A stretch of 64,000 nucleotides of DNA from Verrucomicrobiota bacterium (lineage in GTDB: Bacteria > Verrucomicrobiota > Verrucomicrobiia > Opitutales > Opitutaceae): positions 145,593 through 209,592 of the forward strand of contig JAEWQP010000002.1 of the NCBI GenBank assembly GCA_023399155.1, given 5' to 3'. Position 1 is the stretch's first letter. Each line of letters starts with the position of its first letter. The notes below the pieces were generated by a model, which made no database searches, was not told the origin of the DNA, and was given only the letters and a program-made list of their open reading frames with translations. Below, in pieces: positions 53,053 through 64,000 of this stretch. Both the position numbers and the translations under genes were made by a program.

Positions 53053-53787
53053 ATGGAAGACGCCGCGCTGATCCTGCCGATCCTGATCTTCATCGCCGCC
53101 CTGCTGTATTCGACGGTCGGACACGCCGGCGCGTCCGGCTATCTGGCGGCCATGGCACTGTGCGGCGTCGTCCCGGCCCAGATGAAGCCGGCGGCGCTTG
53201 CGCTCAACATCCTCGTCGCGGTGATCGGCACCGCGCAGTTTGTTCGCGCCGGGCATTTCCAGTGGCGCCTGCTCTGGCCGTTCATCGTCGCCTCGATCCC
53301 GTGTGCCTTTCTCGGCGGCCGGATCGACCTGGCGCCTCAGGTCTACCGCCCGATCGTTGCCGTGGTGCTGATCGCCAGCGCCGCGCGCATGGCCTGGATC
53401 GTGCGGCGTGTGGACGATGTGGGTACGCCCCCGCCCGTCGCGCTCGCGCTTCCGATCGGCGCGGTCCTCGGCTTCGTGTCGGGGCTGACCGGCGTGGGTG
53501 GAGGCATCTTCCTGAGCCCGCTCTTCCTGTTCTGCCGCTGGGCCGGCACGAAGGCGACGGCGGCGGCTTCCGTGGCCTTCATCCTGGTCAACTCCATCGC
53601 CGGGCTCGTCGGGCACGCCGGTGCCGACCGGAGTTTCCCGCCGCAGCTCGGGTCGTGGGCGCTGGCTGCGGTTGCCGGCGGTGCGATCGGCTCCTGGCTG
53701 GGCAGCCGCAAGGCCGCACCACCCGTGCTGCGTGCGCTCCTCGCGGTCGTGCTCGTCGTCGCCGGCGGCAAGCTTCTACTCGCCTGA
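53053..53787 (+). CDS. sulfite exporter TauE/SafE family protein
   Basis: Repeated 4-TM halves with GxGGG motifs (VGHAGASGYLAAMAL, GLTGVGGGIFLSPL). Confidence 0.8.
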   Translation: MEDAALILPILIFIAALLYSTVGHAGASGYLAAMALCGVVPAQMKPAALALNILVAVIGTAQFVRAGHFQWRLLWPFIVASIPCAFLGGRIDLAPQVYRPIVAVVLIASAARMAWIVRRVDDVGTPPPVALALPIGAVLGFVSGLTGVGGGIFLSPLFLFCRWAGTKATAAASVAFILVNSIAGLVGHAGADRSFPPQLGSWALAAVAGGAIGSWLGSRKAAPPVLRALLAVVLVVAGGKLLLA

Positions 53788-53819
53788 AGCTCCCCCGGGA
53801 CGACGACGTAAGCGCCGGC

Positions 53820-54818
53820 TCAGGCCGAGATCCAGGGCTCGATCACGTACTCGTAGGCGGCTCCCGCGCGGCGCACGCGGCCGAGGCCGGGGAAGGGCAT
53901 GTGCGTGCCGCACACGCGCGTGCGGTCGGTCGCGCAGCGGTCGTAGAGGCGTTTGCGCGTGGCGATCGCGACGTCCGACTGCACGTCGAACTGCAGCACC
54001 CACTCCGGATGCGCGAACGAGAGCACGTGGTTGTGCGCGATGTCGACGAAGTGGTAGAGCTGTTCTGAACCCGATGTGATGGTCACGCCGATGTGGCCGG
54101 GCGTGTGGCCAAACGCCTCGACGATCTCCAGGCCGCCAAGGAGTTTCTCGCCGCCGCTCACGAGCTGCCACTTGCCCTTGAACGCATTGAGGTAGGTCTG
54201 GACGCCGGCGTCGCCCTTCTCCGTCCAGTAGGCGTGCTCCGTGCGGTGCATGAACAGCGCGGCATTCTTGAACACAGGTTTGCCCGCGGCGTCGAGCAGG
54301 CCGCCGAAGTGGTCGCCGTGCATGTGCGAGATGATCACCGCGGTGACCTGTTCGGGCTTCACGCCGGCGGCTGCCATGTTCGTGAGCAGCCTGCCGCCCG
54401 CGTCGCCAAAGGCGGATCCGCAGCCGGCGTCGACCAGGATGAGTTCCGAGCCTAGGCGGAAGAGCGGCACCGTGATTGGGATGCGCACGAGGTCCGCGGG
54501 CACGAGGCCGTCGCGCAGTGCCTCGGCGACCTTTTCGCGTGGCTCGCCCACGCCGAAGGGTGAGTCCGCCGGCGGCATCGCGAAACCGCCGTCGCTCAAC
54601 GCGAGCGCCTCCACCGAGCCGACGGAAAAGCGGTAAAAGCCCGGTTGCGCTCCCGCGAGTGAGTTGGACCCCGTCGGCTGGGCGGCTTCACGGGCGTCGG
54701 CGGCGCGTGCGACGGCGGTTCCGAGGAAGGCTCCCGCCCCGGCAAGGCCGAGCAGGCGGAGGGCATCACGGCGTGTCAGGGGACGGGAACGGTTTGTGGC
54801 AGTCATGGTGGCAGTCAT
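53820..54818 (-). CDS. MBL-fold metallo-hydrolase, Tat-exported
   Basis: Twin-arginine signal TRRDALRLLGLAGAGAFLGTAVARA. HMHGDH metal-binding motif. Confidence 0.8.
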   Translation of the reverse strand: MTATMTATNRSRPLTRRDALRLLGLAGAGAFLGTAVARAADAREAAQPTGSNSLAGAQPGFYRFSVGSVEALALSDGGFAMPPADSPFGVGEPREKVAEALRDGLVPADLVRIPITVPLFRLGSELILVDAGCGSAFGDAGGRLLTNMAAAGVKPEQVTAVIISHMHGDHFGGLLDAAGKPVFKNAALFMHRTEHAYWTEKGDAGVQTYLNAFKGKWQLVSGGEKLLGGLEIVEAFGHTPGHIGVTITSGSEQLYHFVDIAHNHVLSFAHPEWVLQFDVQSDVAIATRKRLYDRCATDRTRVCGTHMPFPGLGRVRRAGAAYEYVIEPWISA

Positions 54819-55022
54819 GCTCTCCCTCGATAATGCGAATGCATCCGGGTGCAAAGATGAAGCTCGCCCCGCAGCGCGCCGGACGGAGAGGCCATCCCGA
54901 TACACGGCGAGAAGGTCAAGATACGCGGAGCGTTTTCCATCCATGCGCGTAAGCTTGGCGGGCACTGGGTCGATCAACCTTCGATCCGCCTTTCGTTCAG
55001 AACATCCCGATCTCGTTTTCCC

Positions 55023-55196
55023 ATGGCCTACAAGATTGCTGAAGACAACTGCATCGCCTGTGGCGCGTGCGTCGACGTGTGCCCCGAGGGCGCGATCGAG
55101 GCGAAGGATCCTGTCTACACGATCATCGCCGAGAAGTGCATCGATTGCGGCACGTGCGAGGCGACCTGTCCGAACGGCGCGATCTCCGCAGGCTGA
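55023..55196 (+). CDS. 4Fe-4S dicluster ferredoxin
   Basis: Own translation MAYKIAEDNCIACGACVDVCPEGAIEA...CIDCGTCEATCPNGAI has two CxxCxxCxxxCP motifs. 57 aa, too short for the ORF track. Confidence 0.8.
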   Translation: MAYKIAEDNCIACGACVDVCPEGAIEAKDPVYTIIAEKCIDCGTCEATCPNGAISAG

Positions 55197-55381
55197 CGCG
55201 CGGGAGGACGAGAAGCAGCCGGACTGCGGAGACCTCGCGGTCCGGGCGAACAGCGCGCGAATCCGACACTAGGCCCGCGAGCAGTCGGTCTTAACGCCGC
55301 ACGACTGCCGTGAGGTGGGCGGGCTCAGGCGGCGTTGAAGGTGTTTGCGAGGGGACAGGTAACCTGCAGCATCCCGGGCGC

Positions 55382-56002
55382 ATGCATGCATCGACCCTCA
55401 TCGCCTTTGGCACTGCGCTCGCGATCGTTGTGGCGATACCGGGTCCGGGCATCCTCGCGGTGATCTCCTGTGCCATGGCGCGCGGCTTGCGCGATGCACT
55501 GGGTCTCGTCGGGGGCATGCTCCTCGGGGATCTGACCTACTTCGCCCTGGCGGTGTTCGGGATGGCCTCGATGGCGAGGTCGATGGGGGAGGTCTTTATC
55601 GCGGTGAAGATACTTGGCGCGGCCTACCTCGTCTGGCTCGGCGTGAACCTATGGCGGCAACGCTCCACGCGGGTCGCGGTCGCGGAGACGGGTGCCACCC
55701 CGGCGCGCGGTGTCGGCCGCAGTATCGTCGGCGGGCTGGCTGTGACGCTCGCGAACCCCAAGGCCATCGCGTTCTATGCCGGCCTTCTTCCCACCTTCAT
55801 CGATCTCGAGCGCCTCGCCTGGGCCGATGCTGTGGGGATGGCGGTGATCGTCGTGCTCGTGGTGACCGGCATCGGCGCGTCCTACGCGATCGCGGCCGCG
55901 GGTGGCCGGCGCTTCTTCGTGCAGCCGTCGCGGCTCACCTGGATGAATCGTGCCGCTGGGACGATGATGATCGGCGCCGGCGTGTCAGTCGCAGTGAAAT
56001 GA
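55382..56002 (+). CDS. LysE/RhtB family amino-acid translocator
   Basis: MHASTLIAFGTALAIVVAIPGPGILAVISCAMARGLRDAL, a typical LysE N-terminus. Six TM segments. Confidence 0.8.
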   Translation: MHASTLIAFGTALAIVVAIPGPGILAVISCAMARGLRDALGLVGGMLLGDLTYFALAVFGMASMARSMGEVFIAVKILGAAYLVWLGVNLWRQRSTRVAVAETGATPARGVGRSIVGGLAVTLANPKAIAFYAGLLPTFIDLERLAWADAVGMAVIVVLVVTGIGASYAIAAAGGRRFFVQPSRLTWMNRAAGTMMIGAGVSVAVK

Positions 56003-56183
56003 TCGTGCGGGATTCGGTGCCGGTTGGGGGTACCGCGTACCGCCTGCCTTCTAGCCTCCATCCCGGCCTTTCCCGCGACGCGTGAGATGGCTTTGGACGT
56101 AAACGGCCCACCGAAGGCAGAACACCTGCCCCAACGTTGGCTGCCCGCCTGCGGCTGCCCCGCACACGCGCGTGCCTGAAAGC

Positions 56184-57224
56184 CTAAAGCCGGTCCCAGC
56201 GCATGGCGCGCGCGAAGTCCTCGCCGACAGTGACCGCCAGTTTCTTCCCGTCCTCGCTGAACTCGCACTGCACGTCGGTGGTGAGCGCGTAGAATCTCGT
56301 GGGTGAGGCGGCGTGCAACTCGAGTTCGGCACCGCCGAATGCGATCGAGAGCAGCCCATTGGGCAGGCGGCGGATGGAGCCGATGGCGCGGCCGTTGTTG
56401 CCGTATTCACCGACGTAGGACTCGAGCGCCGCGTCGGGAAGCGTGAATTCCGGATGCCGCGGGCTGCCGAGTTCGCGGACCCAGACATTGCGATAGCGCA
56501 CGGGATTGCCGTGGTCCTGCAGCGCGATCGGCAGCCGCTCCGGATGCGCGGAATAGGGCGGCCGGCCGACCCAGGCGGTCGGCCCGGTGAGTTCGACGTT
56601 GTTCTGCACGAGCACGCCGTTGTGGAAGACGGTAAGGTGGGCCTTGGAGAGCAGCGCGCCCGCCTCGTCGAACCGGGGGGCGGTCCAGATGATGTCGTAG
56701 GTCTGCCACTGGCCCGGCGGTAGGCTGGAATTGGCAAGCGGCGGATACTGATTGTAGACGGAGGCAGCGGCGCCGTCGGCGTAGGTCTTGGATTGGTACG
56801 AGTCGAGGACCTGCACCTCGTATCGCCCCAGGCCGAAGAACACGCCGCTGTTGCCGCGGCCCTGGCTCTCGCCCTGAGCGGGCACGGGTGCGGTCCACTC
56901 GATGTGGAGCTGACAGTCGCCGAATGCCTGAAGCGATCGGATATAGCCGCTGCCGGGCACGCATTCCATCGCACCGTCCTTCACCGTCCATTTCGTGGGC
57001 GTGCCGTCCATCGCCACCCAGGCGGAGAGATCCCTGCCATCGAAGAGGACGGTTGCATCCGAGGGCGCGCGGCCGGGCTGCTCCTGCGTGCTCGGCGTGC
57101 CAGGCGTGATCACCGGAGCCATCGGGCGCTCACGGTCGTGGCCCAGCCAGCGCGGGTCGGGCTGCGCGGTCAGAATCGTGGTCGACACTAGCAGGATCAC
57201 ACCGGGGAGCAGGGCGGTTTTCAT
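56184..57224 (-). CDS. secreted DUF1080 (3-keto-disaccharide hydrolase/GH16-like) domain protein
   Basis: Signal MKTALLPGVILLVSTTILTAQ. NSGVFFGL...YEVQVLDSY...VFHNGVLVQNNVEL matches the DUF1080 beta-jelly-roll signature. Confidence 0.75.
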   Translation of the reverse strand: MKTALLPGVILLVSTTILTAQPDPRWLGHDRERPMAPVITPGTPSTQEQPGRAPSDATVLFDGRDLSAWVAMDGTPTKWTVKDGAMECVPGSGYIRSLQAFGDCQLHIEWTAPVPAQGESQGRGNSGVFFGLGRYEVQVLDSYQSKTYADGAAASVYNQYPPLANSSLPPGQWQTYDIIWTAPRFDEAGALLSKAHLTVFHNGVLVQNNVELTGPTAWVGRPPYSAHPERLPIALQDHGNPVRYRNVWVRELGSPRHPEFTLPDAALESYVGEYGNNGRAIGSIRRLPNGLLSIAFGGAELELHAASPTRFYALTTDVQCEFSEDGKKLAVTVGEDFARAMRWDRL

Positions 57225-57522
57225 GGCAGGTCGCAGGGTGGCGCACCGGGGTTTCGAGTCGAATCCGAATTCCGGCGGCTCCGTTTTCTCCCGGCGTTCG
57301 CGGTTTCGTCCGATCTTCGCGATCGCCACGAACCATCAGGCCGGTCGCCTTTCCAGAATGTTAGAGAAAAGCTCAGTATCGGTGCGGAACAGCGTATTAG
57401 TCAAATGGTGCGAGGCCCCCTATCATGGGGGCGTGACACGATCCTGCGCTTCCGCTGGCGGGCGACCGGCTGCGGAGGACGGGTCGCCGCCCATCCCAAC
57501 CGACATCCACCCAGGAACAACC

Positions 57523-57990
57523 ATGCCTCACACATCCGCTCCCCTTCCCGAGACGCTTCAGCACCATCTCTCCGCCGTCGGATCAAACGAGCTCGCCAGC
57601 ACGGCCGAGTACGTCGACCGGGGCGGTGCCCTCACGGGGCCGCCCGCGCTCGCGGCGCTGACGCGGCTCATGCCCGTCGTGGACGAAAGGATACAGGAAC
57701 TGCCCGCTGGCGACCGGTTGCGGGCGCGGCTGGAGGTTCTCGCGACCTGTTCGCGCGAGTTCGGATCGAAGCCCCAGCCGGCCGCGAAGGTGAAGCGCGA
57801 GGTGGCATTTGCGCTGCTCTATTTCCTCAAGGGCGCCGATCGGATTCCCGACACGATCCCCGAGGTCGGGCTCCTCGACGACGCGCTCATCGTGCAGTGC
57901 GTGCTGGAACGCCACGCGAGTGCGTTGCGCGTTCATTGGGAACGGCACGGCCGGGACTGGCCGGAGGGTCTGGTGGCTTCGGCCGCCTGA
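57523..57990 (+). CDS. DUF1232 (YkvA-like) family protein
   Basis: IPDTIPEVGLLDDALIVQ matches the DUF1232 IPDxIPxxGxxDD motif. Confidence 0.6.
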   Translation: MPHTSAPLPETLQHHLSAVGSNELASTAEYVDRGGALTGPPALAALTRLMPVVDERIQELPAGDRLRARLEVLATCSREFGSKPQPAAKVKREVAFALLYFLKGADRIPDTIPEVGLLDDALIVQCVLERHASALRVHWERHGRDWPEGLVASAA

Positions 57991-58049
57991 GTTCGCATGA
58001 AAAAGGCCGCGCCCCGGGGGGCGCGGCCTGAAAGGGCGGAGCGTGGCTG

Positions 58050-58451
58050 CTACTTCTGGTACGGAACGACGACGACCAGGGGCGCGTAGCCTTCGGCGGT
58101 GAGCGTGACCTTGTCCTCCGGGGCGAGGTTCTCGATGGTCATGGCGCCGGCGGCGGCCACCTTCTGTGCCGGGATGTCGCGGGTCTTCGGCCGGTTGTGC
58201 ACGACGACGCTGAGGTCGATGTGGGCGGCGACGGTGATCTCCTCTTTTGACTCGTTGAGAAGATGAAGGACCATCGGTGCCTCGTGCTTGCCCGACGTAT
58301 CCTTGTCAAACGTCGCCTTCAGCGGCAGGACGGGTTTGTCAGCGGTTGCTTGAGCAAAGGAAGGAGATGCGACGACGGCCAGGGCAAGCGCGCTGGCGAA
58401 CAGGCTCAGGAACAATCCGCGTGCGCGGAAGAAGGCTGCGAGGTGATTCAT
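58050..58451 (-). CDS. small secreted hypothetical protein
   Basis: MNHLAAFFRARGLFLSLFASALALAVVASPSFAQA signal peptide followed by a protein-like 100 aa. The remainder of ORF 58050..59591 is Arg/His/Glu-rich and antisense to the antiporter, so it is rejected. Confidence 0.5.
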   Translation of the reverse strand: MNHLAAFFRARGLFLSLFASALALAVVASPSFAQATADKPVLPLKATFDKDTSGKHEAPMVLHLLNESKEEITVAAHIDLSVVVHNRPKTRDIPAQKVAAAGAMTIENLAPEDKVTLTAEGYAPLVVVVPYQK

Positions 58452-58577
58452 ACGGCCGGCACTATGGTACACAACCGTCGCAGGTTCAAAGCCGTTCTCG
58501 TCATGGCGCGTGACTCCAGGGCGGCGGGACTCCTGGTCTGAGGATGAACTTGTGCTCGGTTCGCTGTCGCCGGGCGA

Positions 58578-59849
58578 TTGCTCAGCGTCATTGATTTCGA
58601 TCGCGCCACAGCCAAGCTCCCGCCGCGCGTGACGATACTTGAGGCAACCGTGCTCCTGCTGGTGCTGCTCCTGGGCCTGCCGGATTTCTGTCGGCGGATT
58701 CGGCGGCCGGGTCTGTTGTACCCAGCCTACATTCTCGCCGGTGTGGTGGCGGGGGCGCTGATGGACGCTGGCGCGATCGCGGTCTGGCGCGAGATCGGTC
58801 AGTTCGGGTTCATTTTGCTGCTGTTTTCCGTGGGTCTGGAGATCGAACTCCCGGGCAAGCGCGAGACGCTGGTCGCGCTGTGGCGCGGTGCTCTCTGGAT
58901 GGGGTGGCAGGTCCCGTTGCTGGTCGGTCTGGCATGGGTCAGCGGCGTGCCGATGGGCGAGGCTGTCGTGGCGGCGCTTGCGCTGGCGGGAACGTCGGTC
59001 GGGATGGCCTATCATCTCTGGGAAGCGCACCGATTCGCCGATACCACGGCTCGCACGCAGTTTCTCGAGTGGATCGTGGCCATCGAGGTTACCGCCATCC
59101 TTGCGCTTGCGGCGGCCGGCCCGGTCATGGGTGGCGCGGTGTGGTGGATCGTGCTGATCAAACTCGCGGGCGTGGTGAGTGCGGCCGTGCTCGCCGCGGT
59201 TCTGGCGGTGCGGGGAGCGCCGCGCCTGGTGCACTGGCTCGAGCGCGGTCTGCACGTGCAGGTGCATTTTGTGGTGCTGCTCCTGTTCGGGATCGCGGCT
59301 CTCGGTGAGCGACTCGGGCTGAGTGCCCCGAAGACGGCGTTTGTGCTCGGCATGTTCATCAGCCGGTCGACGCATGAGGAGGCGGGGCTCAGCCACCGGC
59401 TCGAGCCGATCCGCGACCGCCTGTTTGTCCCCGTGTTTTTCTTCGGACTGGGCACGCTGGTCGAGCCGCGCATGTTCCTCTCGGTGGTGTTTGCCGGCGC
59501 GGTCGCGGCTGCGCTTCTGATGTTCTTCCTCAGGCGTGAGATCTTCCGCCGGATGTTTGCCCCCGCGCTGCGGGCCGCGCCGCCGGCGCACGTCATCTCG
59601 CTGCCCGTCCTCACGATCGCGGCCGTGGCGGTCGAAGTACTCGCGCGAAGCGGCGCTTCCGGCGAGGCGATCACCTGGACCCTCGCCGCCGGGCTGTGCC
59701 TCACGCTCATCGCGGCCGTGCTGCCCGTGACGGAACTCGGCCCGCTGGCGCGGACCGAGCCGGCGACGGTCGCGCCCGAGGTCTGGTCCGGGATCGAGGA
59801 AGGCCAGGACGCTCGCAGGTCCGGGGACGACGTATCCGATGCGCGGTGA
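58578..59849 (+). CDS. cation:proton antiporter (CPA family)
   Basis: Multiple hydrophobic TM segments (FILLLFSVGLEIEL, AGTSVGMAY, LLLFGIAALGERLGLSAP). Start uncertain (TTG at 58578). Confidence 0.65.
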   Translation: MLSVIDFDRATAKLPPRVTILEATVLLLVLLLGLPDFCRRIRRPGLLYPAYILAGVVAGALMDAGAIAVWREIGQFGFILLLFSVGLEIELPGKRETLVALWRGALWMGWQVPLLVGLAWVSGVPMGEAVVAALALAGTSVGMAYHLWEAHRFADTTARTQFLEWIVAIEVTAILALAAAGPVMGGAVWWIVLIKLAGVVSAAVLAAVLAVRGAPRLVHWLERGLHVQVHFVVLLLFGIAALGERLGLSAPKTAFVLGMFISRSTHEEAGLSHRLEPIRDRLFVPVFFFGLGTLVEPRMFLSVVFAGAVAAALLMFFLRREIFRRMFAPALRAAPPAHVISLPVLTIAAVAVEVLARSGASGEAITWTLAAGLCLTLIAAVLPVTELGPLARTEPATVAPEVWSGIEEGQDARRSGDDVSDAR

Positions 59850-60060
59850 CGCGGCACCCGGGCGCGCCGGGTGAACGACGGCTCGACACTGTCGTGATTG
59901 ATCCGCGGCCCCGGCCAGAGACCTCGCCCGGCCCGAAAGCTGTCGTCGGACGAACCCGCAGCGGCTTCAGAAATGTCGTAGGCGTTCGCGACAGGCGAAA
60001 CCCGGCCCGATGGCGCGTAGATCAATCATCCCGCGCGGCTGCAACTTCTCTGAAACGGTT

Positions 60061-62355
<2,295 letters not shown>

Positions 62356-62498
62356 TCACGCCGGCGGGCGGGGCAAAGGAAAAGCCTTCCCCGAGCGCGT
62401 CGGGGCTGCGGCCCGCACCGCTGCTAATGGCATGCGGGGTGGTGCGAGTAGCCAGGCTTTTGGCTGCGCGCGGATCCTAATCGGCGCGCCCCGCAGGA

Positions 62499-62927
62499 TC
62501 AGCCCTCGGGGCGGGCGTTGTGGGTGTGGTCGGTGTCAGGCCGGCCACGCCCATAGCGGCCCACCACGCGCTCGCCGGTCGGAGGTGCATCCAGGGGGCC
62601 GTCGAGTCTCAAGGCATAGCCGCCATAGGTTTCCCGTGAAGCCCAGAGACGACCGACCTGATGGGAGTTGAGGCGGATGCGCTTCATCTCGGCCGGACGA
62701 TCGTACATGTCGGCGAACTGCAGCTCGAGATCGACCTGCCCGCGGTGGTCCACGCGGATCGATCCGCGCATGCCGACGGCCGGATTGTCCGTCGAATCCG
62801 CCGGCATCACCAGCACGGGTTCGCCGTTCATGGCACGCACTTCCGCCGTCGTAGGCGCCCGCGCAGGCTCGGTGCGCTGCGGGGGTGCGGAAGGTGCCGG
62901 GATGTGACGGGGCCATGCATCGCTCAT
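62499..62927 (-). CDS. hypothetical protein
   Basis: MSDAWPRHIPAP...GEPVLVMPADSTDNPAVGMRGSIRVDHRGQVDLELQFADMYDRPAEMKRIRLNSHQVGRLWAS has protein-like composition. No family recognised. Confidence 0.3.
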   Translation of the reverse strand: MSDAWPRHIPAPSAPPQRTEPARAPTTAEVRAMNGEPVLVMPADSTDNPAVGMRGSIRVDHRGQVDLELQFADMYDRPAEMKRIRLNSHQVGRLWASRETYGGYALRLDGPLDAPPTGERVVGRYGRGRPDTDHTHNARPEG

Positions 62928-63033
62928 GCGGCGTGGGACCCGGCGCGTGAAGGCGTGTTCACCTTCCGGTGACACCTTCGGGCCGGCGCTCGATGGCCGC
63001 CTGGGAGCCGTGCCTTCTGGTGTTCGGCACGGA

Positions 63034-64000
63034 TCATCCCGACGGCGCGCCCGCCGTCGCCGTGGGACACTCGCTGGCGGCGAGCGAACTTCGTGGTGCC
63101 CGCTCGAGCGCCGAGCGAAGGTCCTGGTCGCGGATCGGCTTGGCAAGGTAGTCGTTCATGCCCGCATCGAGGCATTTCTCGCGATCGCCCTGCAGGGCGT
63201 GGGCGGTCATGGCGATGACGTACACGCCGGCATGGCGCGGATCTGCGCGAAGGCGGCGGGTCGCTTCATAGCCATCGAGTTCGGGCATCTGGCAATCCAT
63301 CAGCACGACGTCGTAGCGCGTCCGGGCAATCGCGTCCAACGCCTCAAGGCCGTTGGTGGCCACGTCCGGATGAAGCCCCAGTTTGCCCAGCTGCAGAAGG
63401 ATGAGCCGGCGATTGACGACATGATCCTCGACGACCAGCACGCGCATCGCGGCCGCCGCGAGTCGCGCAGGTTGGCGCGTCGTGGCGTTGCTCGCGCTCT
63501 CGCGACCGGCCGCGGCGATGGGCAGAAGAGTGCGGACCAAGGCGGCCTCGCGTACGGGTAACGGCAGGGTGAGCGCGCCAGCCGGCAGTCGTGCGGCGCG
63601 TGGATCGCGCGGGCTGAGGGGTCGGGTGAAGACCAAGCGCGCCCCGTGCGTTGCCAGGGCGTCGATCGCAGGGTCGGAGGGATCCTCGCAGGCCGCGACA
63701 GTGTCGACGATCACAGCATCGTGCGGGCTTCCCGCGCTCGCCGCGTCATCCAGCAAGGAGGCAGCCTGACGATGCGAAGCTGCGACGCTGATGTGCAGTC
63801 CGAGTCTGCCGGCATGATGCGCGAGCACCCGCGCGAGCGTGGGTGTCGGATGGACAAGCAGGAGCCGCAGGCCACGCAGCCGCTCCAGATCGTTCCTGGG
63901 TCGGGTCGTCAACTCCGCCGGCGGTGCGGCAAGCGGCAGTGTGAACCAGAATGTTGATCCGCGACCCTCCTCGCTGCGCAATCCGATGGTCCCGCCCATC
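63034..64000 (-). CDS. hybrid sensor histidine kinase/response regulator, C-terminal part (gene continues beyond window end)
   Basis: Begins inside the HATPase domain (MGGTIGLRSEEGRGSTFWF). C-terminal REC MRVLVVEDHVVNRRL...[56 protein letters not shown] is about two-thirds identical to the REC of the 48853..52929 kinase. Confidence 0.8.
   Translation of the reverse strand, partial: MGGTIGLRSEEGRGSTFWFTLPLAAPPAELTTRPRNDLERLRGLRLLLVHPTPTLARVLAHHAGRLGLHISVAASHRQAASLLDDAASAGSPHDAVIVDTVAACEDPSDPAIDALATHGARLVFTRPLSPRDPRAARLPAGALTLPLPVREAALVRTLLPIAAAGRESASNATTRQPARLAAAAMRVLVVEDHVVNRRLILLQLGKLGLHPDVATNGLEALDAIARTRYDVVLMDCQMPELDGYEATRRLRADPRHAGVYVIAMTAHALQGDREKCLDAGMNDYLAKPIRDQDLRSALERAPRSSLAASECPTATAGAPSG

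Noticed and set aside
58452-59591. Upstream two-thirds of ORF 58050..59591 (513 aa)
   Set aside because: Extremely Arg/His/Glu/Gln-rich and antisense to the antiporter. Only the final 133 codons (signal peptide plus domain) look like a real protein.
62926-63561. 211-aa plus-strand ORF at the window end
   Set aside because: Antisense to the clearly recognisable hybrid kinase HATPase/REC fragment. Low-complexity translation.

Overview
This is a GC-rich chromosomal segment (roughly two-thirds G+C by eye, not computed). The gene content is consistent with a Verrucomicrobia/Opitutae-like genome, but that is inference only. Housekeeping genes supported directly by the translations are the C-terminus of chorismate synthase (aroC), mutS, glnD, valS, the rpmI-rplT-pheS-pheT cluster, metG, an isochorismate-synthase-like gene, monomeric NADP-isocitrate dehydrogenase and polyphosphate kinase 2. 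Accessory content includes three paralogous Y_Y_Y-propeller hybrid sensor kinases, a GAF sensor kinase, a NarL-type two-component pair upstream of a minor-pilin/pseudopilin operon, three orphan ABC ATPases, a GT2/GT4 glycosyltransferase pair with an alpha/beta hydrolase and a holin-family membrane protein, a U32 peptidase, and an NfeD-flotillin operon. It also includes a RES-Xre (DUF2384) toxin-antitoxin pair whose two genes are separated by an intergenic repeat, and a GxxExxY (PD-(D/E)XK) gene cassette with terminal inverted repeats inserted between pheS and pheT. Intergenic regions carry a modular repeat family: a CACAGAGG tandem module, a 26-28 bp GC-rich hairpin (GTAGGGCGAGGCCTCCGGCCGAGCCGC), the inverted CCTCTGTG module, and CT-rich CTTTCGTYC tails. 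Separately, a TGTCA-N9-TGACA palindrome family lies upstream of the TA pair and of a GNAT operon. I found no rRNA, convincing tRNA or CRISPR array. No single obviously novel multi-gene system stands out. The most unusual loci are the TA/operator/REP/NfeD-flotillin region (28.7-32.8 kb) and the pheS-pheT insertion. The sequence lines near 25.7 kb read one base off against the ORF track, so gene ends are taken from the ORF track and only internal start codons are my own calls.
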